This document shows, piece by piece, positions 18,826 to 27,483 of a stretch of 64,000 nucleotides of DNA. The notes under the pieces were generated by a model that had not been told where the DNA came from, searched no databases, and saw nothing but the letters and a program-made list of their open reading frames with translations. Numbering within the stretch: the first letter of the stretch is position 1; each line of letters starts with the position of its first letter. Position numbers and translations under genes: made by a program. The DNA comes from Candidatus Latescibacterota bacterium (GTDB lineage Bacteria; Latescibacterota; UBA2968; UBA8231), in contig CBDFJF010000002.1 of the NCBI GenBank assembly GCA_965248265.1, positions 2,190,699 to 2,254,698 of the forward strand, given 5' to 3'.

Positions 18826-20463
18826 TCAAGCGCCGGCGACGTGCAGTTGGACGCCGTCCACGAGAATGGGCGTCTGCATCGACTCGTCCCGCCTGCTCAG
18901 CTTGAGCTCGAGCGTGTTCCCGCCGCGCCGGACCTGGGACGGGTCCAGTCCGCACTCCAGCCATCCACCTCCCTGCGCCGTCCTTGCGACGGACTGGACC
19001 TCCTCGAGGGGCCGGTTGTTCAAAGCCACATTCAGCTCGTCGCCGTCGGTGAGATCCCACAGGTGCAGACGGAATCGCAGCCTCTGCGGATCCGCCGACG
19101 ACAGATCGTCACCCACCTGGAACGACAGCTCGACCGGGCGCCCCGGCGTCAGCCCGACGTTTTCTGCGGTCTCGAACCGCCCGCGTTCGCCCGTGACCTC
19201 GTCTCCGAGAAACCGGTCGACCCCGAAGAGCTTCTCCTTGCCCGCCATCGTCTCGGGATCGCCGATCTCGAACCAGGTCTCGGGCACGCCGAGGCCCGGA
19301 TTGAAAACGTAAACACCATCGGCACCGTCGTTGAAGACGTTCGTCGCCACCGCCCGCCACACCGCCGGCCGGCCCTCCCACTCGTTGAAGACGACGATGT
19401 ATGTGGGCTTGCCGAGGCGCTCTGGCTGGCCGCCGTAGAGCGTCTTGAGCCACGAACTGAAGGCCCTGTGCTCCCCAGCGCCCAGCGCCAGGTAGACCCA
19501 CTGGCCCCAGAAGGCCCACTGCAGGCAGGGGTAGACCGGTACTTCGTGTCGGTGTCCGAAGTCGATGATATCGCGGAACGAGTCGCACATCGGTGAATCC
19601 TCGTTGCCGCCCGGCATCAGCTTATCGATCAGATTCTCGCCCAGCCAGGTCTCCAGGTCGACGCCGACGAACAGCGAGTCCTCGAGTGTGGCCGGCGTGT
19701 GTGCTGCCAGCAGCAGCGGCCGGCCTCTTCTGGCGCCGACCTCGTCGGCCATCCGGCGAATGCGGCGCACGAAGTCGTTCATCACTTCCACGTGCTCCTC
19801 GCTCACCGGCAGACCCTCGCGCGACTCGCGGAAGTACGGGTGGTACTTGAAAAATTCCATGGCGATGACGTCGACGTCGTAGTTCTCGGCCACTTCCTCG
19901 ATGACGGCGAAGTAGTGATCCCGCACCTCCTTGGCGCCGTAGTCGAGGCCCGACCACGCCTCGCCGGACTCGAAGTCATCCAGCTCGCCCATCATGCATT
20001 CGGGATGCTCGCGCTTGAACGGGGCGAGACCGTAGGAAGTCCAGCGTCTCGAACCCGGGGCGTAGGAGTCGTGGATGTCGTTCATGCGCAGCGACCAGCC
20101 GAACTCCATGCCGTGCTCGCGGCTGAAGTCCTGCTGCACCTGCACCGTATCCTTGCCGTACTGGTCGATGAGCTCCTGCGGCATTCCCCTGCCGATGAAA
20201 CCGCCCAGTTTCGTGTGGTGGGAGAACGTCAGACCCGCCATGCAGCTGCAGAACCAGTTGCTGTCCACCTGGGAGCCGATCAGCGGCGTGCTTCGCGCCT
20301 GCAGGAAGTCACCCATAAGCTCCCCGCTGGTGCGCACCGTCAGGCCCTCGGCGACGTCGTGTTCGCTCTCGGCGCCGTCACGCGCGTAGATGGCATCGTC
20401 GCCGTCGTTGTTGTAGATGATCCGCCGGCGTCTCCAGCGCGCTGCCCTTCGAGCTTCGTCCAC
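18826..20463 (-). CDS. hypothetical protein, possibly glycosidase-like (N-terminal RIIYNNDGDD motif, C-terminal beta-sandwich-like tail)
   Basis: 545-aa ORF with coherent high-GC codon usage; no family recognised with confidence. Confidence 0.45.
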   Translation of the reverse strand: MDEARRAARWRRRRIIYNNDGDDAIYARDGAESEHDVAEGLTVRTSGELMGDFLQARSTPLIGSQVDSNWFCSCMAGLTFSHHTKLGGFIGRGMPQELIDQYGKDTVQVQQDFSREHGMEFGWSLRMNDIHDSYAPGSRRWTSYGLAPFKREHPECMMGELDDFESGEAWSGLDYGAKEVRDHYFAVIEEVAENYDVDVIAMEFFKYHPYFRESREGLPVSEEHVEVMNDFVRRIRRMADEVGARRGRPLLLAAHTPATLEDSLFVGVDLETWLGENLIDKLMPGGNEDSPMCDSFRDIIDFGHRHEVPVYPCLQWAFWGQWVYLALGAGEHRAFSSWLKTLYGGQPERLGKPTYIVVFNEWEGRPAVWRAVATNVFNDGADGVYVFNPGLGVPETWFEIGDPETMAGKEKLFGVDRFLGDEVTGERGRFETAENVGLTPGRPVELSFQVGDDLSSADPQRLRFRLHLWDLTDGDELNVALNNRPLEEVQSVARTAQGGGWLECGLDPSQVRRGGNTLELKLSRRDESMQTPILVDGVQLHVAGA

Positions 20464-20557
20464 GACTCAGCCTTTCTGCATTTCTATGCGTGGCGTGTCA
20501 AAATCCGCCATGGTCAGTTCAAATCGCGCCAGTAGTGCTCGAGCTCGACGGCTGCCG

Positions 20558-20781
20558 TCACCAGTCCACGACGGCACCGTCGTCTCCGCTGTACGATTCC
20601 GGATTTGCCCCGTTATCCTCATCGCCGTTCCGCAGTGCGTCGTCGAGATAGTCGTCGTCGAGCTCGACACCCAGCCCCGGTCCGGTCGGCAGTTTGAGGA
20701 ATCCGTCCTCCACTGCGAACGGTTCCTTCAACACGCCTTCCCCCGGCCGCAATACGCCGGCTCCTTCCTGGATCAGGGAGT
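20558..20781 (-). pseudogene. C-terminal remnant of an enolase-superfamily (mandelate racemase/muconate lactonising enzyme/sugar-acid dehydratase) gene
   Basis: The minus frame reads ...LIQEGAGVLRPGEGVLKEPFAVEDGFLKLPTGPGLGVELDDDYLDDALRNG...*, the characteristic C-terminal tail of MR/MLE-family enzymes. Only ~75 codons remain. Upstream coding sequence ends abruptly at the R2 copy B boundary (20782). Confidence 0.55.
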
Positions 20782-21016
20782 ATAGGTCAAATAAGGAGTA
20801 TTATCGTTAGTCTATTTCGGTGGTGTTGTGTTGTCGAGGGGTATTCGAGGTGGTCTGACGGCCGAACGAGCAGGTGTCGGTCCCGAACTGGCGGGTGTGA
20901 GGGTCGATTGGTTGAGCAGGGGCGGCCGATTGGCCGATGTCGGTAAATGCAAGGGCGGATTCGGGCGCAGGGCTTGCTCAGCGGACGCCAACGCCCGACT
21001 ATCACCGCCCCTGTAT
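20782..21016 (+). repeat. Repeat family R2, copy B (235 bp)
   Basis: 234/235 identical to 13955-14189 (single T/C difference in gtgttgt[t/c]gagggg). Confidence 0.8.
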
Positions 21017-21287
21017 GATTGGCACGGGAAGCTCCACGACGTCGTCTACGGCGCCTGCTCGTTCCCGCCCTCGTGCCGGGTCGATGACCCGCAGACACAG
21101 GAAGGCGCCATTCTCGCGCACGCCGTTGTTCTCAGGGGAGCAACAAATCGGCAGCTACGAGCGCTTCTGGGACGGGCGCGACGACGCCCGCAGGCTGGCG
21201 CCTCCGGGTGTATACCTGTATCAACTGACCACGAAGACCCACGAGCGCCGCTTCGTCGAGACCGGAGAGGTGCGCCTGGTTTACTGA
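21017..21287 (+). pseudogene. C-terminal remnant of a T9SS type-A sorting (Por-secretion C-terminal) domain protein
   Basis: ...LFSGEQQIGSYERFWDGRDDARRLAPPGVYLYQLTTKTHERRFVETGEVRLVY* fits the consensus tail of T9SS CTDs (..G.H...WDG.D..G..L.SGVYFY.L.AG.FVETKKMVLLK). The upstream half of the domain is in a different frame (degenerate). The gene is truncated on its 5' side exactly at the R2 end. Confidence 0.55.
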
Positions 21288-21288
21288 C

Positions 21289-23274
21289 CTACCAGACGTG
21301 GACGCGGTGGCCCTCGTCGGGGAACCAGATGCCGTCGACGATGCCGGACAGTGCTACGGCCGCAGCGTAACCCAGGCCTAATCCGTAGAACAGGGGCTTA
21401 CCTCTCTGGTAAGCCTGCACCCCTCCGTAGCGCAGCAGGGCGGCCTTGATGACCCACACGAGGAGCAGGCTGAACCAGTAGTTTGCCGGGCCCGCGGCGT
21501 TCTGGAAGGCGAGACCGACTGGATGCAGCGGGAACCAGTGAAAGCGGCTGCGCAGATAGGCGAGAGCTCCGGCCTCTGACATGCCCGCCACCCACACGCC
21601 CCACTTGCCGATGTCGAACACCCTGGGATGCTGCACCAGGTTGGCAGTCTGTGGGTAGACGTTGAAAGCGTGGATCAGGTGGACGGCGCCCCCCTGGTCG
21701 TAGGCGACTTCGATGCTGGCCCAGGCCGCCACCAGGCAGCCGATCGTGAAGGCGATGAGGACGACGGCGCAGACGCGGCCGCGTTGCCGGCGCAGCGAGA
21801 ATATGCGCAGGTGGTGGGGGATCGCGGGCCAGGCCGGAAGGCGGATGTTGCCGAAGAAGGCCTGGCTCGTGAACAGCTTGAACGCCACCACGTTCTTCGT
21901 CGATAGGATGCTGGAGCCGACCAGTTCGGTGATGAAGGAGCCGCCCTTCATGTTGGCCCAGCTCGGCATCAGGTAGGGGAAGCCCGTGGCGGCGATCAGC
22001 TTGACCGTGACGAAAAACGTCATCGCCATGAGCAGGAACGTGCACACGGCTAGGGGCACCGTCGCCCCGAGGCTGACGCCGAAGCCGATGACGTAAACGG
22101 CTGACAACGTCATTCCGATGAAAGCAAGCCGATACATTCCGACCTGTCCGGCATCGCCGGTGCCGCCCCTGACCTGTCGCCAGACCTGGCCGAGATGGCG
22201 TCGCGCCAGCCATACCGACCAGATGGCGATGAGGACGATGGCGCCGAAACTCTCCAGATGCAGGATGTCGGAACTGATCAAGCGCTGGCCGGAAGCGCCG
22301 ACGCTGACCCCGAATTGATCCATGGCCCCCAACTTGAAGACGGAGAGCAGGTAGAAGAGGATGATGCTGCCCAGGATGTCGAGCGGGCACAGGTAGGTCA
22401 CCGCCAGCACAAGGGGCAGGATGCGGATGGTCAACGCCGGAAAGGGCTGCGGCAAGGGGATGGTGTAGCGCTCGCGGAAGACCTCCACCATGGGCGCGCC
22501 CGGGCTGAAATAGGTGGCGATGTTGTAGAGCAACGGCAGGAAGACGATGCCGAAGCCGGCCCAGAACAGACTGGAGCGGAACAGCTCCGGCATGCGCCGG
22601 GGACCGTCGAAGCCGCGCGTCAGTTCGAGGGGCATCTGAGCCAGTGGAAAGGTGAGCTTCTCGTTGTCCACCCACTGGCGGTGGAAGAGGATCATCAGAC
22701 AGAGTCCGAACACGACCATGGCCAGCGAAGCTCCGCCCCACTGCGCGATGATGCCGATCCACACGTCCCACGGAATTGAAGCGCCATCCGGCAGGCCCAG
22801 CCACAGGGGATCGATGACGCGTGGCTCGGGCCCGGGAAAGGCGTTCCACGGCATGAAGGGGACGATGAGGGTGTCCCACTGGTTCTCCGGCGTCGGCATG
22901 AAGGACGGCGCGCCCAGTATGGCGACCCAGTAGTCGCTCCACCCCCACATCGGCAGCGCCCCGACGATCCAGGTCATCGAGAACACGGTGAGCAGCTCGC
23001 CGCGACTCAGGGCCACGCGCGGCCACACCCGTTTGAGGGCCACGTTGAAGAACAGCCACAGCACGAAGGGGATGACGGCCACCATCGGGTACTGCGACTG
23101 CACGAGGTTGATCCCCATGAACAGGATCAGGTAATAGAACCAGACTGCGATGGTAACGGCCCCGACGAGGACTCCGCGCCAGGTGATCGTCAGCTTGTCG
23201 TCTTCGGCCGGTAAGTCAGACCCCCGACTCGCGTGGGGCTGGGTTACGTCAGCTGCTTGAGCGGGGTCGGGCAA
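21289..23274 (-). CDS. uncharacterised polytopic membrane protein (~14 TM), paralog 1 of a two-member family in this window
   Basis: 661 aa, highly hydrophobic with many predicted TM helices. It shares conserved blocks with 31916..33832, e.g. TPENQWDTLIVPFMPW versus TPENNWETLIHPHIPTW, VALSRGELLTVFSMTWIVGALP versus LALKREELALIFVMMLVSASIP, and similar C-terminal tails. The start appears to be TTG (no in-frame ATG before the first TM helix). The 553-aa alternate-frame ORF 21398..23059 is a GC artifact. Confidence 0.6.
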   Translation of the reverse strand: MPDPAQAADVTQPHASRGSDLPAEDDKLTITWRGVLVGAVTIAVWFYYLILFMGINLVQSQYPMVAVIPFVLWLFFNVALKRVWPRVALSRGELLTVFSMTWIVGALPMWGWSDYWVAILGAPSFMPTPENQWDTLIVPFMPWNAFPGPEPRVIDPLWLGLPDGASIPWDVWIGIIAQWGGASLAMVVFGLCLMILFHRQWVDNEKLTFPLAQMPLELTRGFDGPRRMPELFRSSLFWAGFGIVFLPLLYNIATYFSPGAPMVEVFRERYTIPLPQPFPALTIRILPLVLAVTYLCPLDILGSIILFYLLSVFKLGAMDQFGVSVGASGQRLISSDILHLESFGAIVLIAIWSVWLARRHLGQVWRQVRGGTGDAGQVGMYRLAFIGMTLSAVYVIGFGVSLGATVPLAVCTFLLMAMTFFVTVKLIAATGFPYLMPSWANMKGGSFITELVGSSILSTKNVVAFKLFTSQAFFGNIRLPAWPAIPHHLRIFSLRRQRGRVCAVVLIAFTIGCLVAAWASIEVAYDQGGAVHLIHAFNVYPQTANLVQHPRVFDIGKWGVWVAGMSEAGALAYLRSRFHWFPLHPVGLAFQNAAGPANYWFSLLLVWVIKAALLRYGGVQAYQRGKPLFYGLGLGYAAAVALSGIVDGIWFPDEGHRVHVW

Positions 23275-23284
23275 GCGCGTTCAG

Positions 23285-23536
23285 CTACTCGAAGAAGGCT
23301 TCGTCGTGTGGACGCACGTCCACGGCATGGCGCAGCGGCGGCTGAGCGGCCGCTTGTACGGTGACGTTGGCGGCTTCGAGTGGCCGGCCCGAATCCACAG
23401 AGATGACGCGGCCTGCGATGCGCCCACCATCAGGGGGGGAGGCCTCCGTCTCAACGGGCGGTTCGGCTGACGCCGCCACAACGCTGAGCACGAGGACGGC
23501 GGCGGCGCCGCCGCGGATGGCTACAGCGGTCACCAT
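23285..23536 (-). CDS. small secreted protein with CarboxypepD_reg-like N-terminal strand; possibly the 5' remnant of a larger (TonB-dependent-receptor-like) gene
   Basis: MVTAVAIRGGAAAVLVLSVVAASA (signal peptide) ...GGRIAGRVISVDSGRPLEAANVTV... then a stop 8 nt before the membrane-protein start. It starts 3 nt after the amidohydrolase stop. Confidence 0.35.
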   Translation of the reverse strand: MVTAVAIRGGAAAVLVLSVVAASAEPPVETEASPPDGGRIAGRVISVDSGRPLEAANVTVQAAAQPPLRHAVDVRPHDEAFFE

Positions 23537-23538
23537 CG

Positions 23539-24807
23539 TCACTGCAAGGCGCAATTGTACAGCTTCGCGGGGTTATCGCGGAAGGCCGCGCGCGCCACAT
23601 CCAGGGCGACGGACTCCGACAGAGATCCTTCCTCTATCATCTCCGCCAGGACGTGAGCGAAATTCCACCGCGCCATCTTCAGGTGGCCGTAGACGGCTTC
23701 CAGATGCTGCAGGTCGTCGCCGAAGGCGATGATCTTGTTGCAGGGGACCATGCGCAGCCACTCGCGCAGATCGGCGCGGGCGCCGATGGGGGAGATGATG
23801 TGGATCCACGACATGTTCAAATAGACATTGGGAAAGGTCTTACCGAGGACGGCCCCCTCGCGCAGGTAGGGATAGCCGGCGTGCGACAGGTCGAAGCGAG
23901 CCTCGCGGAAGGTCGACATGAGCTCCGTCAGCGGTGCTGGACTACATCCTTCCATGCCGACGAAACTCGAGGCTCTCATACCCTGGTGAAACTGGACAGC
24001 GAGCCCGACTTCGGATGCCGCCCGGCAACACTCGAAGACGAGGTAATCCTCGAGCAGCGCGCCCTGAGGCGAATTGAGGCCGTCGTAGTCGTCGCGCATG
24101 AAGCGGTCGAATATCGCAGCCGCCTCCGCCGGGTCACGTCGCTGGAAATCCATGCGCCGATGGTAAGACTGAGAAAGCTTCACACCTGCCGCTTCGGCCT
24201 GCGCCCAGCTCTGGCAGGTCCGTGCGATCAAGTCGACGAGTCCCGGGAGGTCGGACACCGTGGCATCGTAGTCCTTCTCGATGCCGTGTATGTCTGCGGC
24301 CGAGTTCAGCATGCTGAAGCGGTTCAGGCGCGGCAGCGGCAGGAAGAATTCGCGATCCACCTCGACGAGGTCGTTCATGTTGACGACGGAGCGCTCGATA
24401 TTGCTGCGGCGCTTCAGCACGTCGGTGTAGAGCCCGGGCTGAGCCCGCTGACGCAGGGCTTCGTTGATCGGCTCGATTGTGCCGGCGCTCAGTCCGTCGA
24501 AGCCGAGGAGGTCCCGCACGCCTTCCACGATGGCTTGAGAGTAGCCCGTCAGCCGGATCGACTTCCAGAACTCGGAGAAGATCTCCCAACGCTGAGCCAG
24601 CGGCAGGCCCGGCTGCAAGGCCTGCTCTATCTGCTCCTCACTCATGCCGGCACAACGCAGGTCCGCCACCGGATAGGCGTGCTCGAAGTACTTGAGAATG
24701 TCGGGCTCGAGCTTCAGGTACGCTGCCTCCGGCATCATGTGGGAGTGAGAGTTGATGCAGGGGATCTTGCGAATCTCGTCGAACAGCTCGCTGCGCAATG
24801 GACTCAT
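23539..24807 (-). CDS. amidohydrolase-family TIM-barrel metal-dependent hydrolase (uronate-isomerase-like)
   Basis: 422 aa. N-terminal KIPCINSHSHM metal-binding His pair and overall layout as in amidohydrolase_2/UxaC-like enzymes. Confidence 0.65.
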   Translation of the reverse strand: MSPLRSELFDEIRKIPCINSHSHMMPEAAYLKLEPDILKYFEHAYPVADLRCAGMSEEQIEQALQPGLPLAQRWEIFSEFWKSIRLTGYSQAIVEGVRDLLGFDGLSAGTIEPINEALRQRAQPGLYTDVLKRRSNIERSVVNMNDLVEVDREFFLPLPRLNRFSMLNSAADIHGIEKDYDATVSDLPGLVDLIARTCQSWAQAEAAGVKLSQSYHRRMDFQRRDPAEAAAIFDRFMRDDYDGLNSPQGALLEDYLVFECCRAASEVGLAVQFHQGMRASSFVGMEGCSPAPLTELMSTFREARFDLSHAGYPYLREGAVLGKTFPNVYLNMSWIHIISPIGARADLREWLRMVPCNKIIAFGDDLQHLEAVYGHLKMARWNFAHVLAEMIEEGSLSESVALDVARAAFRDNPAKLYNCALQ

Positions 24808-25020
24808 CTTAGCGGTTGACTCCTGTCTGTGACCGGCTCTGGACGAGGTCGGGACGGCCGTGCGTGCATAACGAATTGATTTTATTCAGCATGCGCAAGT
24901 GCGATCGCCGGATTGCCGGACCGGGCACCGTCCTGATTACAACGCCGCCGGTGACACTTTTGCGCTTGGGAAGTGTCGCAATAGGGACCGCGACAATACC
25001 TTCTAAGAGGAGACACTACG

Positions 25021-25881
25021 ATGAAGACGACACTCTGTGCAATCGGCGCTTTGCTGGCCGCCACGGCGGGTTTCGCCGAGCCCGTCGACACGCAGTTCAA
25101 GTTCGACCGCCCGGCCGCCATCGAGTGGGTGACGGGAGAGCGCGTTGAGATCGAGTGGAATGAGGTAATCGACTCCCGCTGTGCCATCGGCGCGACCTGC
25201 GTGTGGGAAGGTCAGGTGACTGTGTCCATCGACGTCGTCGTCGACGGAGTCCGCAACGAGGACGTCGAGATCACCCTCCACGGTGAGGAGTTCGAGCGCG
25301 CCGTGGCCACGGTCGAAGGATTTCGGATTCAGCTGGCCGCCGTCGGTCCGTATCCCGTTCTCGACGTCGAGACCGAGCGCTCCCGCTACGTGGCGACCGT
25401 CGTCGTGTCTCCGGTGACCCCGACGGAGGAACTTCACGGAGTGGCCGCCCTCAACACGGAGTGGCATCTCGAGGCATTCGGCCGAATCGGAGCGGAGGAG
25501 CCGACCCTGCCCGGCACGGATGTCACGATCAACTTCGACGTCTCCGTGGAGGGTGTGGGGTCCGCGTGGGGGACCGGAGGCTGCAACGGGTTCACGGGTA
25601 CGGTCCAGGCGGCCCCGATCGGCGCCATCGCGCTCAGCGATCTGGGATTCACCGACATGGCGTGCGGCGATCCGGCCGGCGTCATGGAGCAGGAAGACCG
25701 CTTCTTCACCGAGCTCCCCAATGTCATCGGCTTCACCATGGACGAGGCCCGCCTGGTCCTGCCCTTCGCGGGCGCTGACGACGTGGTCGGCACCATGATC
25801 TTCAGCAGAATGACCGCTCCGACGGCTGTCGAGTCCGCTAGCTGGGGGCAGGTCAAGAAGCTGGATCGACTCGACCGGTGA
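25021..25881 (+). CDS. secreted DUF4377 + META/HslJ-domain protein
   Basis: Signal peptide MKTTLCAIGALLAATAGFA. The C-terminal half has META-domain hallmarks (W.L....G......VT..F......G..GCNGF.G.......I..LG.T.MAC). Preceded by a GAGGAG RBS. Confidence 0.65.
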   Translation: MKTTLCAIGALLAATAGFAEPVDTQFKFDRPAAIEWVTGERVEIEWNEVIDSRCAIGATCVWEGQVTVSIDVVVDGVRNEDVEITLHGEEFERAVATVEGFRIQLAAVGPYPVLDVETERSRYVATVVVSPVTPTEELHGVAALNTEWHLEAFGRIGAEEPTLPGTDVTINFDVSVEGVGSAWGTGGCNGFTGTVQAAPIGAIALSDLGFTDMACGDPAGVMEQEDRFFTELPNVIGFTMDEARLVLPFAGADDVVGTMIFSRMTAPTAVESASWGQVKKLDRLDR

Positions 25882-26636
25882 GGACGACGGGGATCCTCAT
25901 AGCAGTCCTGCTGCAGGCGGGTGCCCCCGTAGAAGCCGAGCGCAATCCGGCAGCCGAGGGGTTCGATCAGATTGGCTCGGACGCCCGCGCGATCGAAGTC
26001 GCCGACGCCGTGATGGAACGGCTGGGCGGCCGCCCCAACTGGGACAACACCCGCTACATCGCCTGGCGCTTCTTCGGTCGCCGGTTCCACGTGTGGGACA
26101 AATGGACGGGCGACCTGCGCTACGAGGCAGAGGACGGGCACGTCGTCCTCATGAACATCCACTCGCGGCAGGGCAAAGCCTGGGAGGCAGGCCAGCCCGT
26201 CACCGATCCGGATTCAACCGCCGCTCGGATCGAGGCGGGCTACCGGGCCTGGATCAACGACAGCTACTGGCTGGTGATGCCGTACAAGCTGAAGGATACC
26301 GGCGTCACACTGAAGTACAAGGGCGTTGGAGAAACCGAAGCCGGCGAGCCCTCGGACATCCTCGAGCTGACTTTCACCGACGTCGGGGTGACACCGCAGA
26401 ACAAATACGACGTCTACGTCGACCGGGAAGAGCGCCTCGTGCGCCAATGGGCTTTCTACGCCGATGCGGACGATCAGGATCCGCGCTTCACCAGTCCCTG
26501 GTCGAACTGGCGTCAATACGGAGACATCTGGCTGGCTGACGACCCCGGCCGCTACCAGCACACGGACGTGGCTGTGTACGACGAGCTGCCGCGCGCACTA
26601 TTCGAGGACCCCAAAGCCCGCTACCCGCGAAAATGA
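25878..26636 (+). CDS. hypothetical secreted protein
   Basis: A GTG start overlaps the upstream stop (GTGA). Signal-peptide-like MRTTGILIAVLLQAGAPVEA. No family recognised. Confidence 0.5.
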   Translation: MRTTGILIAVLLQAGAPVEAERNPAAEGFDQIGSDARAIEVADAVMERLGGRPNWDNTRYIAWRFFGRRFHVWDKWTGDLRYEAEDGHVVLMNIHSRQGKAWEAGQPVTDPDSTAARIEAGYRAWINDSYWLVMPYKLKDTGVTLKYKGVGETEAGEPSDILELTFTDVGVTPQNKYDVYVDREERLVRQWAFYADADDQDPRFTSPWSNWRQYGDIWLADDPGRYQHTDVAVYDELPRALFEDPKARYPRK

Positions 26637-26676
26637 CCGCGGTCGCCATCGCGGTGCCGGGTTCAGCGAACCGCTT

Positions 26677-27402
26677 TTAGCGGACGGCTCCTTTGCCGTA
26701 TCGGCAAAACCCCTCAGCGAAAGTGCACTCCTTCATGCCCGCCGTGATCTGCGCCTCCAGGGCGCGGTAGCGGGCCAGGACCTCGTACTGCGTCGGCAGC
26801 GCCGGCTGCGAGGCCAGCGCCTTCATGGCCTCGATCTTGCGGTCCATGGTGGTGCCGATGTCGACGTAGAAGTCGGGCAGGAACTTGGTCACGGGGCTGG
26901 CCCCCAGCTGGGTCTCATAACAGACGAATTCCGCCACGGGGCAGGGGTCGTGCTCCGTGTCGATGCCGGGAACGTCCGTATGCCGCGCTGCCCACAGCAC
27001 TCCCTGTGCCGTTTCGACGTGGTCTGGATGCAGGAAGTCGTCGATCCAGTGGCAGAGGATCATATCGGGCCGGAAAGCCCGCATCGCGTCGAGGACCTCG
27101 ATGCGTCGCTCCGGCCCCAGCAGCAGCGGTCCGTCGCCGTAATCGAAGCAGTCGATGGAGGCCCCCAGGATGCCGGCAGCCTTTTCCATCTCGGCTTTGC
27201 GGATCGCCTTGATCTCGTCTACCGACGGAGGCGGAGTTTGCGCCCAGAGTGCCGGCGATTCGAGCAGCTCGCCGTAGGTCAGGTCGTGGATGTGCACGGC
27301 GGCGCCGGCGTCGCTGAAGCGGGCGATCGTCCCCCCGGCGCGTGAACAAAAATCAGCTGCGTGGGCGCTGAACACGAGCACCCTCTCGCGGTCCAAGAAC
27401 AT
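26677..27402 (-). CDS. PIG-L/LmbE family N-acetylglucosaminyl deacetylase
   Basis: MFLDRERVLVFSAHAADFCSRAGGTIA... and the HPDH motif. Start taken at the internal ATG (27402) rather than the track start 27459. Confidence 0.7.
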   Translation of the reverse strand: MFLDRERVLVFSAHAADFCSRAGGTIARFSDAGAAVHIHDLTYGELLESPALWAQTPPPSVDEIKAIRKAEMEKAAGILGASIDCFDYGDGPLLLGPERRIEVLDAMRAFRPDMILCHWIDDFLHPDHVETAQGVLWAARHTDVPGIDTEHDPCPVAEFVCYETQLGASPVTKFLPDFYVDIGTTMDRKIEAMKALASQPALPTQYEVLARYRALEAQITAGMKECTFAEGFCRYGKGAVR

Positions 27403-27483
27403 GGCGAAGCTCCTGTGGAATTCTCGCAGGACACATGTCCTGCTGATCGGGACAGGCAAGATGTGACACAGGCCGCAGGCGGG

